The notes beneath the pieces were generated by a model. That model was not told where the DNA came from and ran no database searches. It worked only from the letters and a program-made list of their open reading frames with translations. The position numbers were made by a program, and so were the translations under genes. A stretch of 41,053 nt of DNA from Mesotaenium endlicherianum (lineage: Eukaryota), in NCBI GenBank assembly GCA_009602735.1, contig WELA01003449.1:662205-703257 (forward strand). The letters run 5' to 3'. Shown piece after piece: positions 22,415-33,106 of this stretch (the stretch's first letter is position 1; every line of letters begins with the position of its first letter).

Positions 22415-25044
22415 ATGGTAAGGACAAGGTCTCAAACTAGCGACTCCCGAGATATGGAGAACCAGGATAACAAGAATGTTGAAAACCAGGCTGAAAGCTA
22501 TGTAGCGGGAACCCGTACCTATTCTAAAGCAGTGGCAGATACTGCAGCTAGAGAGGCTGCAGATGAGGCAGCTGCTATTGCTGCGGTAGCAACACAGCAG
22601 GCTGAAGAGGACAGAGTCAGATTAGAAGCAGAACGATTAGCAAAAGCGGCAGAGGATATAGAAAGAAGGGAAGGATAGCCAGCGGACGAGCGCACTGTCA
22701 AAGAACTTATGGCAGCAAGGGCCAATGTTCTGAACCCACCTCCCGCTGTACAACTCAATGTGCCTCTAAGTCAAATTCGTGACCGGCTCAATGCGGCAGG
22801 AATTGCTGTTGCAGGAGCAAGAGGGACTGTTGAGGATACTACTCAGCGAGCCACTGCTGCTGCTGCATTTGCTAGACTCCCATCACAGAAAGTAGATCTG
22901 GGAGCATTGTTTGTGCAAATGCAATCGCAAATGGTGGGCGTGTATCAGTCCTAACAGGAGGACAAACAAATCATAATGTCCCTGCTGCGGGACAGAGACC
23001 AACTGGGTTCTCAAACCACGAGCGGTAGTGGCAGAGGGCCTAGTAAGCCTAAGTCGAAACCTCCCAAGGACTATGAACCTGAGGGAAACAAAAAGTATTA
23101 CCTGATCAAGTTTCTCGCTGACGTTGATCAAGTTTCTCGCCGACGTTGAGCAAGTTTCTCGCTGACGTTGATCAAGTTTCTCGCCGACGTTGAGCAAGTT
23201 TCTCGCCGACGTTGAGCAGTGGCTGATGAACTATCCAGAGCTGCAAGATTACGAGAAGGTCAGGCACACTGGTGCTCTACTGAAAGGCAGTGCAGCACAA
23301 TGGTGGCTGTATTGGAAAGGAGAGCGTAAGGCTCAGCAACTCGGTGACCCTACTTGGGTAGAGTTTGTCAAGAAACTGCATGAGAAGTTATATGTCATCA
23401 ATCAGTAGGAGAAAGCTATCTATGCAATGGTGTCCTTGACATTGAAGCAGACCACTTCAGTTGCTGACTTTGCTCAGAAGTTCCAGGCAAACATGATGAA
23501 GCAGCCACACTTGCCAGAGCGGTATAGGATAGCATACTTCAGGTCGAGAGAAAGGACCAGCCTTTAAAAGACAGCAACAGTCAGTAATCCAATCTTGAAT
23601 CTATTGATTGTGAGGATGCTAGAGATAGTGAGTCATCACTAGCTGCCCTTGTAGCAGGTATTATGGGTCCTGCTGAACTGGATTCACTATGCATGCCTGA
23701 CAACCACATAAAGCAGACCAGCAATATAGATCTCCGGAGAGTGCACACTCTGAAGGATTTTGTTCCACCTGATGTTCAACATTTCTTTGCTAAGTCAGGA
23801 GAACAATGCGAAAGTCTGGAAAAGTCAGTCCCCCCTACCCTACTGCATTGCATGATTGCAAGTAGGAAGGTGAGGGCATTTGTGGACGGAGGGGCGTCAC
23901 ATACTTTAATTCATAAGGACTTAGTTAAGCGGCTAAGGCTGCCTACAATCACTCAAGGGAATAGAAAAATATTCCTTGGAGATGCCTCAAGTATCCCGGG
24001 AGGAATTATAACCAAGCCTATTGAGGTCCAGGTAGGTTCTGGCATTGCAATTCTAACTGAAACGCTTACATTTGAGGTACTCAACACTGGTTTTTATGAT
24101 CTCGTGCTAGGCAGGTCCTGGCTTAACAGACATCAAGCTGAAATGTGTTGGAGCAGAGGTACAGTTAAGGTGAGAGGAGCCAGTGATGGGTAGACTAACT
24201 TGGCACCCACCAGTGCTCTTTCTCTTGTCCTGTATGGATGGCAAATGAAGGAAAAGGAGCGGCTTCCAGGAGGATGCAAATTGTTGAATGCAATGGAGTT
24301 CATCAAAAGCTGGAACCAAAAGGAAGGCAGAATGTTCTGTCTGCTGCTAAGAGAGGTACCCCCTCAACCTGAAGAAGTGGTGGAGAAAAAGGTAAGTCCT
24401 CCGGAGCACCCTACTGCTGCAAAAATTGTTGCTCAGTATGTTGATGTGTTTAATATGCCTCCAGGACTGCTCCCTGAGAGGGAAGTAGATCATAGGATTG
24501 ATTTATTACCTGGGAGTCAGTCACCCTGGCATCGCACTTATGGCTTCTCTTATGTGGAGTGCGAGGAGTTGTAAACACAGATTACAGAGGTTGAGGAAAA
24601 CGGTTACATTTCCCCCAGTTGATTACCTTATGGGGAACCTATTCTATTTGTTAAGAAAAAGGATGGAAGTGTGCGAATGTGCGTTGATTACAGAGCTTTT
24701 GAGAGAATTACGATAAAGAATAAGTATGCTTTATCCAGAATCAAGGACTTGCTTGATACCCCGGCTGGTGCTAAAGTGTTCAGTAAGATAGATCTCAAGA
24801 GTGATTATTATCAAAGCAAAATTGCTGAGGGAGATCAACACAAGACTGCCTTCCGCAAACATTATAGACACTATGAATTTAATGTGATGCCATTTGGACT
24901 GACTAATGCTCCTGCAACCTTCATGGTGGCTATGAATGACATTTTTTGACCTCACCTGGATAAGTTTGTGCAAGTCTTCCGTGATGATATTTTAATTTTC
25001 TCTAAAGATGAAGCTCAGCATGCTGAACACTTGAAGACAGTCAT
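22415..25044 (+). pseudogene. A1 gag-pro-pol (protease, partial RT), disrupted
   Basis: ORF fragments 22415-22678, 22709-22954, 23190-23408, 23663-24193, 24200-24574, 24671-24949 are collinear with A3/A2. Stops, tandem expansion and loss of the zinc knuckle. Confidence 0.9.
23103..23218 (+). repeat. Five tandem copies of a 22-bp unit inside A1 gag
   Basis: tga(t/g)caagtttctcgc(t/c)gacgt x5, head to tail. Single copy at the equivalent site in A3 (about 29668). Confidence 0.92.
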
Positions 25045-25544
25045 TGTAGTGAAACAAATAGATAAAGTACTTCGTAAAATAAAATACTTTTTCTATTCAA
25101 GACAAAGATCTTTGAACACAAGAGGTAGCCTCTTGAAAGAGAGATGACTTCTTGAAAATTAATGTATTTCTGGAATTTGGCACGTACAAGAGTCATTCTG
25201 GAATGTCTTTCTATGTTCTAGCTCTTGTTTATATACTTGCTACATAAGTGATTTCTAGGAAGGTGTATGTTGATGTGTTGGCACCCAACACATTCCAAAA
25301 CTTGTCACCTCTTTTTAGAATAATGTACACATGTCCTTTTGACCTAAAAATGGCACTTTTGACTTTTGCCACATGGAGTTCTTTTACGTCCTTCCTCTAA
25401 CTTCGAAAATGCCTTAGAAGGTTCAAAGGACATGAACCAAATCACTAGAGTATCTATTCACACTTGAATCTACACAATACTCCAAATATATTCAAAATCA
25501 TTAAAACATATGCCAACTAATATATTATAACTCAAATCACTACA
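25045..25544 (-). repeat. 3' LTR of element B
   Basis: TGTAGTGA/TCACTACA termini, adjacent PPT, matches the solo LTR at 19512-20014. Confidence 0.94.
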
Positions 25545-26314
25545 TCACCCCCCCGACAGAAAAAGCGACGTCTCGGCGCGTCAAGTCAGGTCTGATACAT
25601 GTGGAGCAGACTAGTCATCAGCTTCAAGTCAGATGCCACGCATGTGAAGAGGATTAGTCCAAGGCGCCAAGTCAGGTGCTACACATGTAAGGTAGACTAG
25701 GCAAGGTCGTGGATAGTGTGACCTTATTGGCTAGCCTACTCCTTGATGGTAAAGAAAATTGTACAAGTTGGCCCAGAATCCGCCACAAATTCAAAAATTC
25801 ATAACGTCCACAGAACTGCTCTAAATTTGAAAATTCTAGCGTCAAACGGACCGCGTTGGAGAACTCTACCGGGTCACCAAATTTGAGAGCATTCTAATTT
25901 CTGGAGTGTCGTTAAGAGCTGAGAGAGTAGGCACTTCTCCAACTCTGTGCAAAAAACTTCTGAAAATCATAAGTCCTTCTATACTTCTCCAAATTCTGCA
26001 AACTAAGTCTCAAACTGGGCGTTGTAAGATGTTCTACCAGAGTCTTGAGTTTCAAAGCATTCCAAGTTCAGGGAAAGGCACAATGTCAGAAGGCATATTC
26101 TGCCCTAACAATGCCAGCAGCCTGACCCCCTGCTACTTAGAGCATCAAATCTCTCTCACCTGTGCTTCACATTGAGCAAACTTGGACTTTAAATGACCAA
26201 CTACTCATGGACTACAGCCAGGTAGATATTCATAATTTATCATGCAGAGACCTATCACCAGTAGCAGTTTTAGTTTTCTGTCCAGAAATTGCGAGAAGAG
26301 AAGAGTGTCTAATG

Positions 26315-26694
26315 TCAATTTTTCCTCTTTTTTGTTCTTGCAGGCTGCCTCCAAGGGGTCTTCTGCTGCTTCTTGATGGTAGCAGGCTGCCTCCTTNAAG
26401 TTGCAGGCTGCCTCCTTGAAGTTGTCAGGATTTTAGTAGAGAGACTTTGGGCTGGTCCAAGATGGGGGTTGGCGGCATGGAAGCGCTTCAACTTTCTCTG
26501 AACTTTGTCAAGGTAGTGCGTCGCCACCCAACTATTCCCCGAACCAGGATATCCTTTCTACTTGATCAAGGATTGCTACTGTCTCTTGAAATTTCTCATA
26601 GCCATTATGTCTTCCACTTCGTACTCCAAATGATCATCCACTATTGTTGGGGCTGGTGGGGTTGTCACACGTCCTGGAAACTTGTTGTCGGGTT
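26315..26694 (-). pseudogene. Element B integrase C-terminal chromodomain (with stops)
   Basis: EYEVEDIMAMR...KGYPGSGNSWVATHYLDKVQRKLKRFH with two in-frame stops. Confidence 0.8.
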
Positions 26695-27397
26695 TGAAAT
26701 GAATTGACTTACCAAATAGGCGATTAATAATTAATAAAGAGCTTCATATCAGCAAGTAATCTTTATGGTATTTTCCGTTAATTGATTTAATAGCAAAGGA
26801 CAACACACTAGCAGTGAACAATACTCGTAAGTCAAATGCAAGTAAACTAGCATCAATAATGCAATCAGTAAATTCATATATAAGCAAGGTTAGAAGACAG
26901 TGCGTATCAATGGCTTCTTGCCTTGGATTCAGGTTTCTCTCAGTAAGCTGTACAAGAGAGTTGGCCTCGTTTCCGAATGCCGAACTCGAGAGCAATGCCT
27001 AGCATATGTACATGGAATGAGAGTACTTTTCAACGGTCAGTGCGATGGCACCGCCTACCCGGGAGTTAACCACGTTGGTAGGACCTCGGTTAACCAAATC
27101 CACCGCCATCTTCCATCATTCCGAATAGCCATCCATCATAGGGATGTCATCTGGCCATTCATCTAGCATATCTTACTTAGATGCATATCGAGGCAGTTCG
27201 CTGCTACCGAGTACGGAAGTCAGCTGGCTGTCAAAGAATGTGTCAGCAAGCTGACTTAAGTGGACTTCAGCCTGCTGCTTCCGGCTGAGTCATTAAACTA
27301 ATATTGAATATAAAGTCTAGCACACTGATTATCAACTAGAGTTTAGTAGGCTGAACTTAAACAATTATTATATTTACTAATATACTGGTTCATTACA
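26695..27397 (-). repeat. 3' LTR of A2
   Basis: TGTAATGAA...ATTTCA on minus, preceded by PPT AGTTGGAGGGAT. Confidence 0.95.
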
Positions 27398-27559
27398 ATC
27401 CCTCCAACTTAACTTTTTGTCGCCTCGACAACATTAAACTGCAAGTCTCTTTCTCGCTCTCGCACACTTACTGTCATATATTTTCACATCCAACTTAAAT
27501 GGAGACAGGACCTCCTGTCAGCTTCCCGTGTCAACTGAAATGACTGTTAGGGAGGTGCT

Positions 27560-28224
27560 CCAGCCGCCCGAAGGTGGAACCGTTTCAACGCCCCTTTGGC
27601 ATTAGTCAAATGGTCTTTAAATTCCCAAGTGTCCCCAGAGGCATCGTAACCCTTCCATCAAATGAGGTACTTCATGACATATTTAGACGATCGACGGACC
27701 GAGCCCGCGTCTAAAATCTCCTCAACCTCATATTCCTCAGGGTCGCTGTCCCGGACAGCAGACCGGTCCCGGTTGGACAGGTAACCGACCTGTGAACAGT
27801 GTATCACCTTTGATGTAAGGTTCCAGGAAGGAGACATTAAAGACCGGATGACCCTTGTATTCGGCTGACATGTTCAGTTTGTGAGCATTGTGACCGACAC
27901 GGCGCACCACCGAATAGGGGCCGACCCAGACAGGGCCAAGCTTTTTCTTGACCACACCAGGGAGGTACAGGTGCTGAGAATGCAGCTTGACCAAATCGCC
28001 CTTAGAAAAGGTCAGTTCTCGACGGTGCTGATTAGCGTACTTTTGTCGGTTTTGTTGGGCTTTGTGCAGGTTCTGCTGGACTTCTGACAAGGTGTCAGCA
28101 AACTCCTGAGTTAACTGGAGGGAGACCGGATTGTCAATCCCTTCAGGGTGAGTTAAAGATTCCCCTAGGACATCTAAAGGAGACTTAGGGACTCTACCCA
28201 GGCTTAGTTCAAAAGGAGTCTTGC
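27560..28224 (-). pseudogene. A2 integrase C-terminus (GPY/F) and chromodomain
   Basis: KTPFELSLGR, GPVWVGPY, HPVFNVSFLEPY, EEYEVEEILD, WKGYDASGDTWE. Continues the ORF at 35716-37041 across TSD CTTGC. Confidence 0.9.
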
Positions 28225-28918
28225 TGTAATGAATCAGTATATTAGTAGATATAATATTCATTTAAATATAATAGTTAATTAAGTTCAGTCTGCTGGACTT
28301 TACATACTTATCAGTTTAATGCCTCAGCCGGAAGCAGCAGGCTGAAGTTTATATAAGTCAGCTTGCTGACCCATTCTTTGACAGCCAGCTGACTTCCGTA
28401 CTCGGTAGCAGCGAACTGCCTTGACATACACCTAAGTACGATATGCAAGATGAATGGCCAGATGACATCCCTATGATGGATGGCTATTCGGGATGATGGG
28501 AGATGGCGGTGGATTTGGTTAGCCGAGGTCCTACCAACGTGGTTAACTCCCGGGTAGGCGGTGCCATCGCACTGACCGTTGAACAATAAACTCATTCCAT
28601 GTACATATGCTAGGCATTGCTCTCGAGTTCGGCATTCGGAAACGAGGCCAACTCTCTTGTACACCTTACTGAGAGAGATTTGAATCCAAGGCGAGAAGCC
28701 ATTGATACGCATTGTCTTCTAACCTTGCTTATGTATGAGTTTACCGATTTGCATTATGGATGCTAGTCTACTCGCATTTGACTTACGAGTAATGTTCACT
28801 GCTAGTGTATTGTCCTTTGCCGTTTAACCAGTTAACGAAAAATACCATAAAGATTACTTGCTGATATAAAGATCTTTATTAATTGTTAATCGCCTATTTG
28901 GTAAGTCGATTCATTTCA
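28225..28918 (+). repeat. 5' LTR of A3
   Basis: TGTAAT...TTTCA; lacks a 26-bp segment present in the 3' LTR. Confidence 0.96.
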
Positions 28919-28919
28919 G

Positions 28920-28931
28920 TGGTATCGGAGC
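28920..28931 (+). other. Primer binding site, initiator tRNA-Met type
   Basis: TGGTATCGGAGC, 1 nt after the LTR. Matches the plant iMet PBS TGGTATCAGAGC with one G:U-compatible change. Same sequence in A2 (39616-39627). Confidence 0.88.
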
Positions 28932-28952
28932 AGTTATCACAGTCTTCTTTGT

Positions 28953-30452
28953 ATGGTAAGGACAAGGTCTCAAACTAGCAACTCCCGAGACATGGAGAAC
29001 CAGGATAACGAGAATGTCGAAAACCAGGCGGAAAGCCATGTAGCGGGAAACCGTACCTATTCGGAAGCAGTAGCGGATACTGCAGCTAGGGAGGCTGCAG
29101 ATGAGGCAGCTGCTATTGCCTCAGTCGCAGCTCAGCAAGCTGAGGAGGAGATAGCCAGACTAGAAGCTGAACAAGTAGCAAAGGCCGCTGAAGATATACA
29201 AAGGAGGGAAGGACAGCCAGCTGACGAGCGCACTGTTGAAGAACTTATGGCATCAAGGGCCAATGTTCTGAACCCACCTCCTGCCGTACAACTCAATGTA
29301 CCCCTAGGTCAAATACGTGACCGGCTGAATGCGGCAGGAATTGCTGCTGCAGGAGCAAGAGGGATTGTTGAGGACACTACTCAGCGAGTAGAGGTGAATG
29401 CTGCTGCTGCATTTGCTAATCTACCACCCCAAAGTGTAGACTTGGGAGCATTGTTCGTTCAGATGCAGTCGCAAATGGCGACCATGTATCAGTCCCANNN
29501 NNNNNNNNNNNNNNNNNNNNNNNNNNNNNNNNNNNNNNNNNNNNNNNNNNNNNNNNNNNNNNNNNNNNNNNNNNNNNNNNNNNNNNNNNAAGGGCCTAGT
29601 ANNNNNNNNNNNNNNNNNNNNNNNNNNNNNNNNNNNNNNNNNNNTAAGGAAAACAGAAAATATTACCTGATCAAGTTTCTCGCGGATGTTGAGCTGTGGC
29701 TGGAGAACTACCCAGAACTGCAAGATTACGAGAAGGTCAGGCACACCGGTGCGCTACTGAAAGGCAGTGCCGCAGACTGGTGGCTTTACTGGAAGGAAGA
29801 GCGTAAGGCTCGGCAACTCGGTGACCCTACGTGGGTAGAGTTTGTCGAGAAGTTGCATGAGAAGTTTGATGTCATCAACCAGCAGGAGAAAGCTATCTAT
29901 GCGATGATCTCCCTGACACTGAAGCAGACCACTTCAGTTGCTGAGTTTGCTCAAAAGTTCCAAGAGAACATGATGAAGCAGCCTGATTTGCCAGAACGGT
30001 ATAGGATAGCATACTTCAGGTATGGCTTGAAATCCGAGGTCTCTGGTCATTTTGCTGAGAAAAAGTATGAGAAACTGGCTGACTTGATCCAGGATGCTGA
30101 CGCCTGGGATCAGCAGCAGTTCAATCACAAGCGCCAGAGTAACGCTTTGGTGTCTAAGATTGTCAAAAAGCCCCACGGTTCCTACAATGCAGTTGAAGGA
30201 GACCAGGCTGAGGATAATCAGGGTGATGAATATGAGTATGAGTACAATGCTATTCAGTCTAGAGGTAGAGGTGGTCCCTCTCGAGGTGGCTATGGAAGGG
30301 GTGGTGGTAGGACTAAGCCGAGACCAGCCTCAGCAAAATCTACTTGCTACCATTGTCAGCAGAAAGGCCACTACAGAGAACAGTGTCCGGTCAAGCACCT
30401 GCCTAAGGTCGAGAGAAAAGACCAGCCTTTAAAAGACAGCAACAGTCAGTAA
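28953..30452 (+). CDS. gag: A3 Gag (capsid domain, RGG tract, CCHC zinc knuckle)
   Basis: 499-codon ORF spanning N gaps. LKGSAADWW, TWVEFVEKLHEKF, LKQTTSVAEF, F..GLKSEV, CYHCQQKGHYREQC. Confidence 0.9.
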   Translation: MVRTRSQTSNSRDMENQDNENVENQAESHVAGNRTYSEAVADTAAREAADEAAAIASVAAQQAEEEIARLEAEQVAKAAEDIQRREGQPADERTVEELMASRANVLNPPPAVQLNVPLGQIRDRLNAAGIAAAGARGIVEDTTQRVEVNAAAAFANLPPQSVDLGALFVQMQSQMATMYQSXXXXXXXXXXXXXXXXXXXXXXXXXXXXXXXXGPSXXXXXXXXXXXXXXXKENRKYYLIKFLADVELWLENYPELQDYEKVRHTGALLKGSAADWWLYWKEERKARQLGDPTWVEFVEKLHEKFDVINQQEKAIYAMISLTLKQTTSVAEFAQKFQENMMKQPDLPERYRIAYFRYGLKSEVSGHFAEKKYEKLADLIQDADAWDQQQFNHKRQSNALVSKIVKKPHGSYNAVEGDQAEDNQGDEYEYEYNAIQSRGRGGPSRGGYGRGGGRTKPRPASAKSTCYHCQQKGHYREQCPVKHLPKVERKDQPLKDSNSQ

Positions 30453-31492
30453 TCCAGTCTACTGACTGTGAGGATGCTAGAGATAGTGAGTCGTCACTAG
30501 CTGCCCTCGTAGCAGGTATTATGGGTCCTGCTGAACTGGATTCACTATGCATGCCTGACAACCAGATAAAGGAGACCATCAGCAATATAGACGTCCAGAG
30601 AGTGCACACTCTGGATGCTCTTGTTCCACCTGATGTCCAACATTTCTTTGCTACGTCAGGAGAACAATGCGAAAGTCAGGAAAAGACAGTCCCCCCTATC
30701 CTACTGCATTGCATGATTGCAGGTAGGAAGGTGAGGGCATTTGTTGACGGAGGGGCGTCACATACTTTTATCCACAAGGACTTAGTTAAGCGGCTAAGGC
30801 TGCCTACTGTCACCCAAGGGAATAGAAAAATATTCCTTGGAGATGCCTCAAGTATCCCGGGAGGAGTTATAACCAAGCCTATTGAGGTCCAGTTAGGTTC
30901 TGGCATTGCAGTTCTAACTGAAACGCTTACATTTGAGGTACTCAACACTGGCTTTTATGATCTCGTGCTAGGCAGGTCCTGGCTTAATAGACATCAAGCT
31001 GAAGTGTGTTGGAGCAGAGGTACAGTTAAAGTGAGAGGAGCCAGTGATGGGCAGACTGACTTGGCACCCACCAGTGCTCTTCCTCTTGTCCTGTGTGGAT
31101 GGCAAATGAAGGAAAAGAAGAGGCTTCCAGAAGGATGCAAGTTGCTGAATGCAATGGAGTTCGTCAAAAGCTGGAACCAGAAGGAAGACAGAATGTTCTG
31201 TCTGCTGCTAAGAGAGGTACCTCCTCAACCTGAAGAAGTGGTTGAGAAAAAGGTAAGCCCTCCGGAGCACCCTACTGCTGCAAACATTGTTGCTCAGTAC
31301 ACGGATGTGTTTAATATGCCTCCAGGACTACCCCCTAAGCGGGAAGTAGATCATAGGATTGATTTATTACCTGGGAGTCAGCCACCTTGGCAACGCACGT
31401 ATGGCTTGTCTTATGTGGAGAGCGAGGAGTTGAAAACACAGATTGCAGAGCTTGAGGAAAATGGTTACATTACTCCCAGTAAATCACTGTAA
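30407..31492 (+). CDS. pol: A3 Pol N-terminus (aspartic protease, start of RT), in the -1 frame relative to gag
   Basis: Frame open from 30407, overlapping the end of gag. [34 protein letters not shown]. Premature stop at 31490-31492. Confidence 0.85.
   Translation, partial: GREKRPAFKRQQQSVIQSTDCEDARDSESSLAALVAGIMGPAELDSLCMPDNQIKETISNIDVQRVHTLDALVPPDVQHFFATSGEQCESQEKTVPPILLHCMIAGRKVRAFVDGGASHTFIHKDLVKRLRLPTVTQGNRKIFLGDASSIPGGVITKPIEVQLGSGIAVLTETLTFEVLNTGFYDLVLGRSWLNRHQAEVCWSRGTVKVRGASDGQTDLAPTSALPLVLCGWQMKEKKRLPEGCKLLNAMEFVKSWNQKEDRMFCLLLREVPPQPEEVVEKKVSPPEHPTAANIVAQYTDVFNMPPGLPPKREVDHRIDLLPGSQPPWQRTYGLSYVESEELKTQIAELEENGYITPSKSL
30428..30475 (+). promoter_or_regulatory. Putative -1 programmed ribosomal frameshift signal
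   Basis: Slippery T TTA AAA (30428-30434) in the gag frame, 7-nt spacer, stem ACAGTCAGTA (30442-30451) / TACTGACTGT (30460-30469). Conserved in A2 and A1. Confidence 0.82.
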
Positions 31493-31524
31493 GGCGCACC
31501 CATCCTATTTGTTAAGAAAAAGGT

Positions 31525-32800
31525 CCGGGCAAAAGGTCCTGGCAAACTGGCAAAACATTATCATTGGGAGGGATTACCTCGGGAGGTCTTGAAATACGCT
31601 AAGTCCTGTGACCAGTGTCAAAAGATAAGTCTAGGCACACACCATCGGGGGGCCTCTTACAACCGCTGCCCATCCCAGCTGGCCGCTGGGAAACTATATC
31701 CATAGATTGGGTAATCACACTGCCACGAACTGCTAATTGGCATGATTCGATACTGGTAGTCATGGATAAACTCACAAAAATGGTCATTTTTATCCCCACA
31801 ACTGTCACAGTGACTGCACTCGAAACAGCGAGACAGTTTTACAACCATGTAGTATGCCAACATGGGCTCCCTTCTAATATCATCTCAGACAGAGACTCAA
31901 AATTCACCTCTAAGTTCTGGAGAGCTTTAATGGGGTTAATGGGAGTCAAACAGCTGCTCAGCACAGCAAACCACCCTCAGNCACAGCAAACGACCCTCAA
32001 ACTGATGGGCAGACTGAAAGAACTAACCGAGTTCTGCAGGAGGTGCTCAGAGCATATATGAACCAAAAACAAGATAATCGGGATGACCTATTGCCTCAAA
32101 TTCAGTTTGCGGTCAACAGTGCGGTGCACACGTCAACGGGCAAGACTCCTTATGAACTCAGCCTGGGTAGAGTTCCTAAGTCTCCTTTAGATGTACTGGG
32201 GGAGTCTTTAACTTGCCCTGAAGGGATTGACAACCCGGTCTTCCTCCCGTTAACTCAGGAGTTTGCTGACACCCAGTCAGTACTCCAACGAAACCTGCAC
32301 AAAGCCCAAGAAAACCAACAAAAATACGCTAATCAACACCGTCGGGAACTGACATTTTCCAAGGGGGATTTAGTCAAACTGCATTCTCAGCACCTGTACC
32401 TCCCTGGTGTGGTCAAGAAAAAGCTTGGCCCTGTCTGGGTCGGTCCATATTCGGTGATACGTCGTATCGGTCAGAATGCTTACAAACTGAACATGTTAGC
32501 TGAATACAAGGGTCACCCAGTCTTTAATGTCTCCTTCCTGGAACCATACATCAAAGGTGATACACTGTTCACAGGTCGGTAACCTGTCCAATCGGGACCG
32601 GTCCCCGCTGTCCGGGACTGCGACCCTGAGGAATATGAGGTCGATGAGATTTTAGACGCTCGCTCGGTCCGTCGATCGTCTAAATAAGTCAAGAAATACC
32701 TCATTCAATGGTAGGGTTACGATGCCTCTGGGGACACTTGGGAATTAAAGGACCACTTGACCAACGCCAAAGGGGCGTTGAAACGGTTCCACCTTCGGGC
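31525..32800 (+). pseudogene. A3 integrase + GPY/F + chromodomain (disrupted)
   Basis: HYHWEGL, CDQCQ, GLLQPLPIP..RWETISIDW, IISDRDSKFTS, STANHPQ, GPVWVGPY, EEYEVDEILD...GYDASGDTWE. Frameshifts and stops. Confidence 0.9.
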
Positions 32801-33106
32801 CGCTGGAGTCCTTTCATAACTGTCATTCAATTGACACGGGCACGTGACAGGCGGTCCTGTCTCCATTAAAGTTGGAGGTGAAAATATATGACAGTTAGTG
32901 AGCGAGTGCGATAAAGGGACAGTTACGTGAATTTTAAGTGTCAGCATAGTGACAGAGGGGGCAGCCTGGCCCACATAAAGCACCTTAAGCTGAAGGAAAA
33001 AGGGCGTCGCACAACACTACATCACTTAACTCACCCTAAAACACAAATAATACGTTTATGTTTAGCGCATCGCAACTACGTCAACTTTTAGCAATCATCC
33101 TGTAAG

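Larger units (their letters stand above)
21683..25044 (+). mobile_element. Ty3/Gypsy family A copy A1, 5' part (LTR, PBS, decayed gag-pro-RT); interrupted in RT by element B
   Basis: LTR 21683-22380, PBS TGGTATCA 22382-22389, gag start MVRTRS at 22415, protease FVDGGASH, RT KIDLKS.Y.Q / [13 protein letters not shown]. Many stops. Left flank GTGGA. Confidence 0.93.

Noticed and set aside
23103..23218. CRISPR-like repeat array
   Set aside because: Units are head to tail with no spacers, lie inside gag, and the context is eukaryotic with no cas genes.
28311..28712. Recurrent antisense ORF in family A LTRs (MRINGFSPWI...; also 26900, 35247, 39952)
   Set aside because: It recurs only because the LTRs are repeats. 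Length and stops differ between copies, and there is no recognisable domain.
30745..30760. Protease active site DGG instead of D(S/T)G as an inactivating mutation
   Set aside because: Shared by all three copies, and DGG occurs in other Gypsy proteases, so it is a family trait.
31961..32000. Short duplications flanking single N bases (also 26397 and 40869)
   Set aside because: Typical overlapping contig-end artefacts, not biological repeats or frameshifts.
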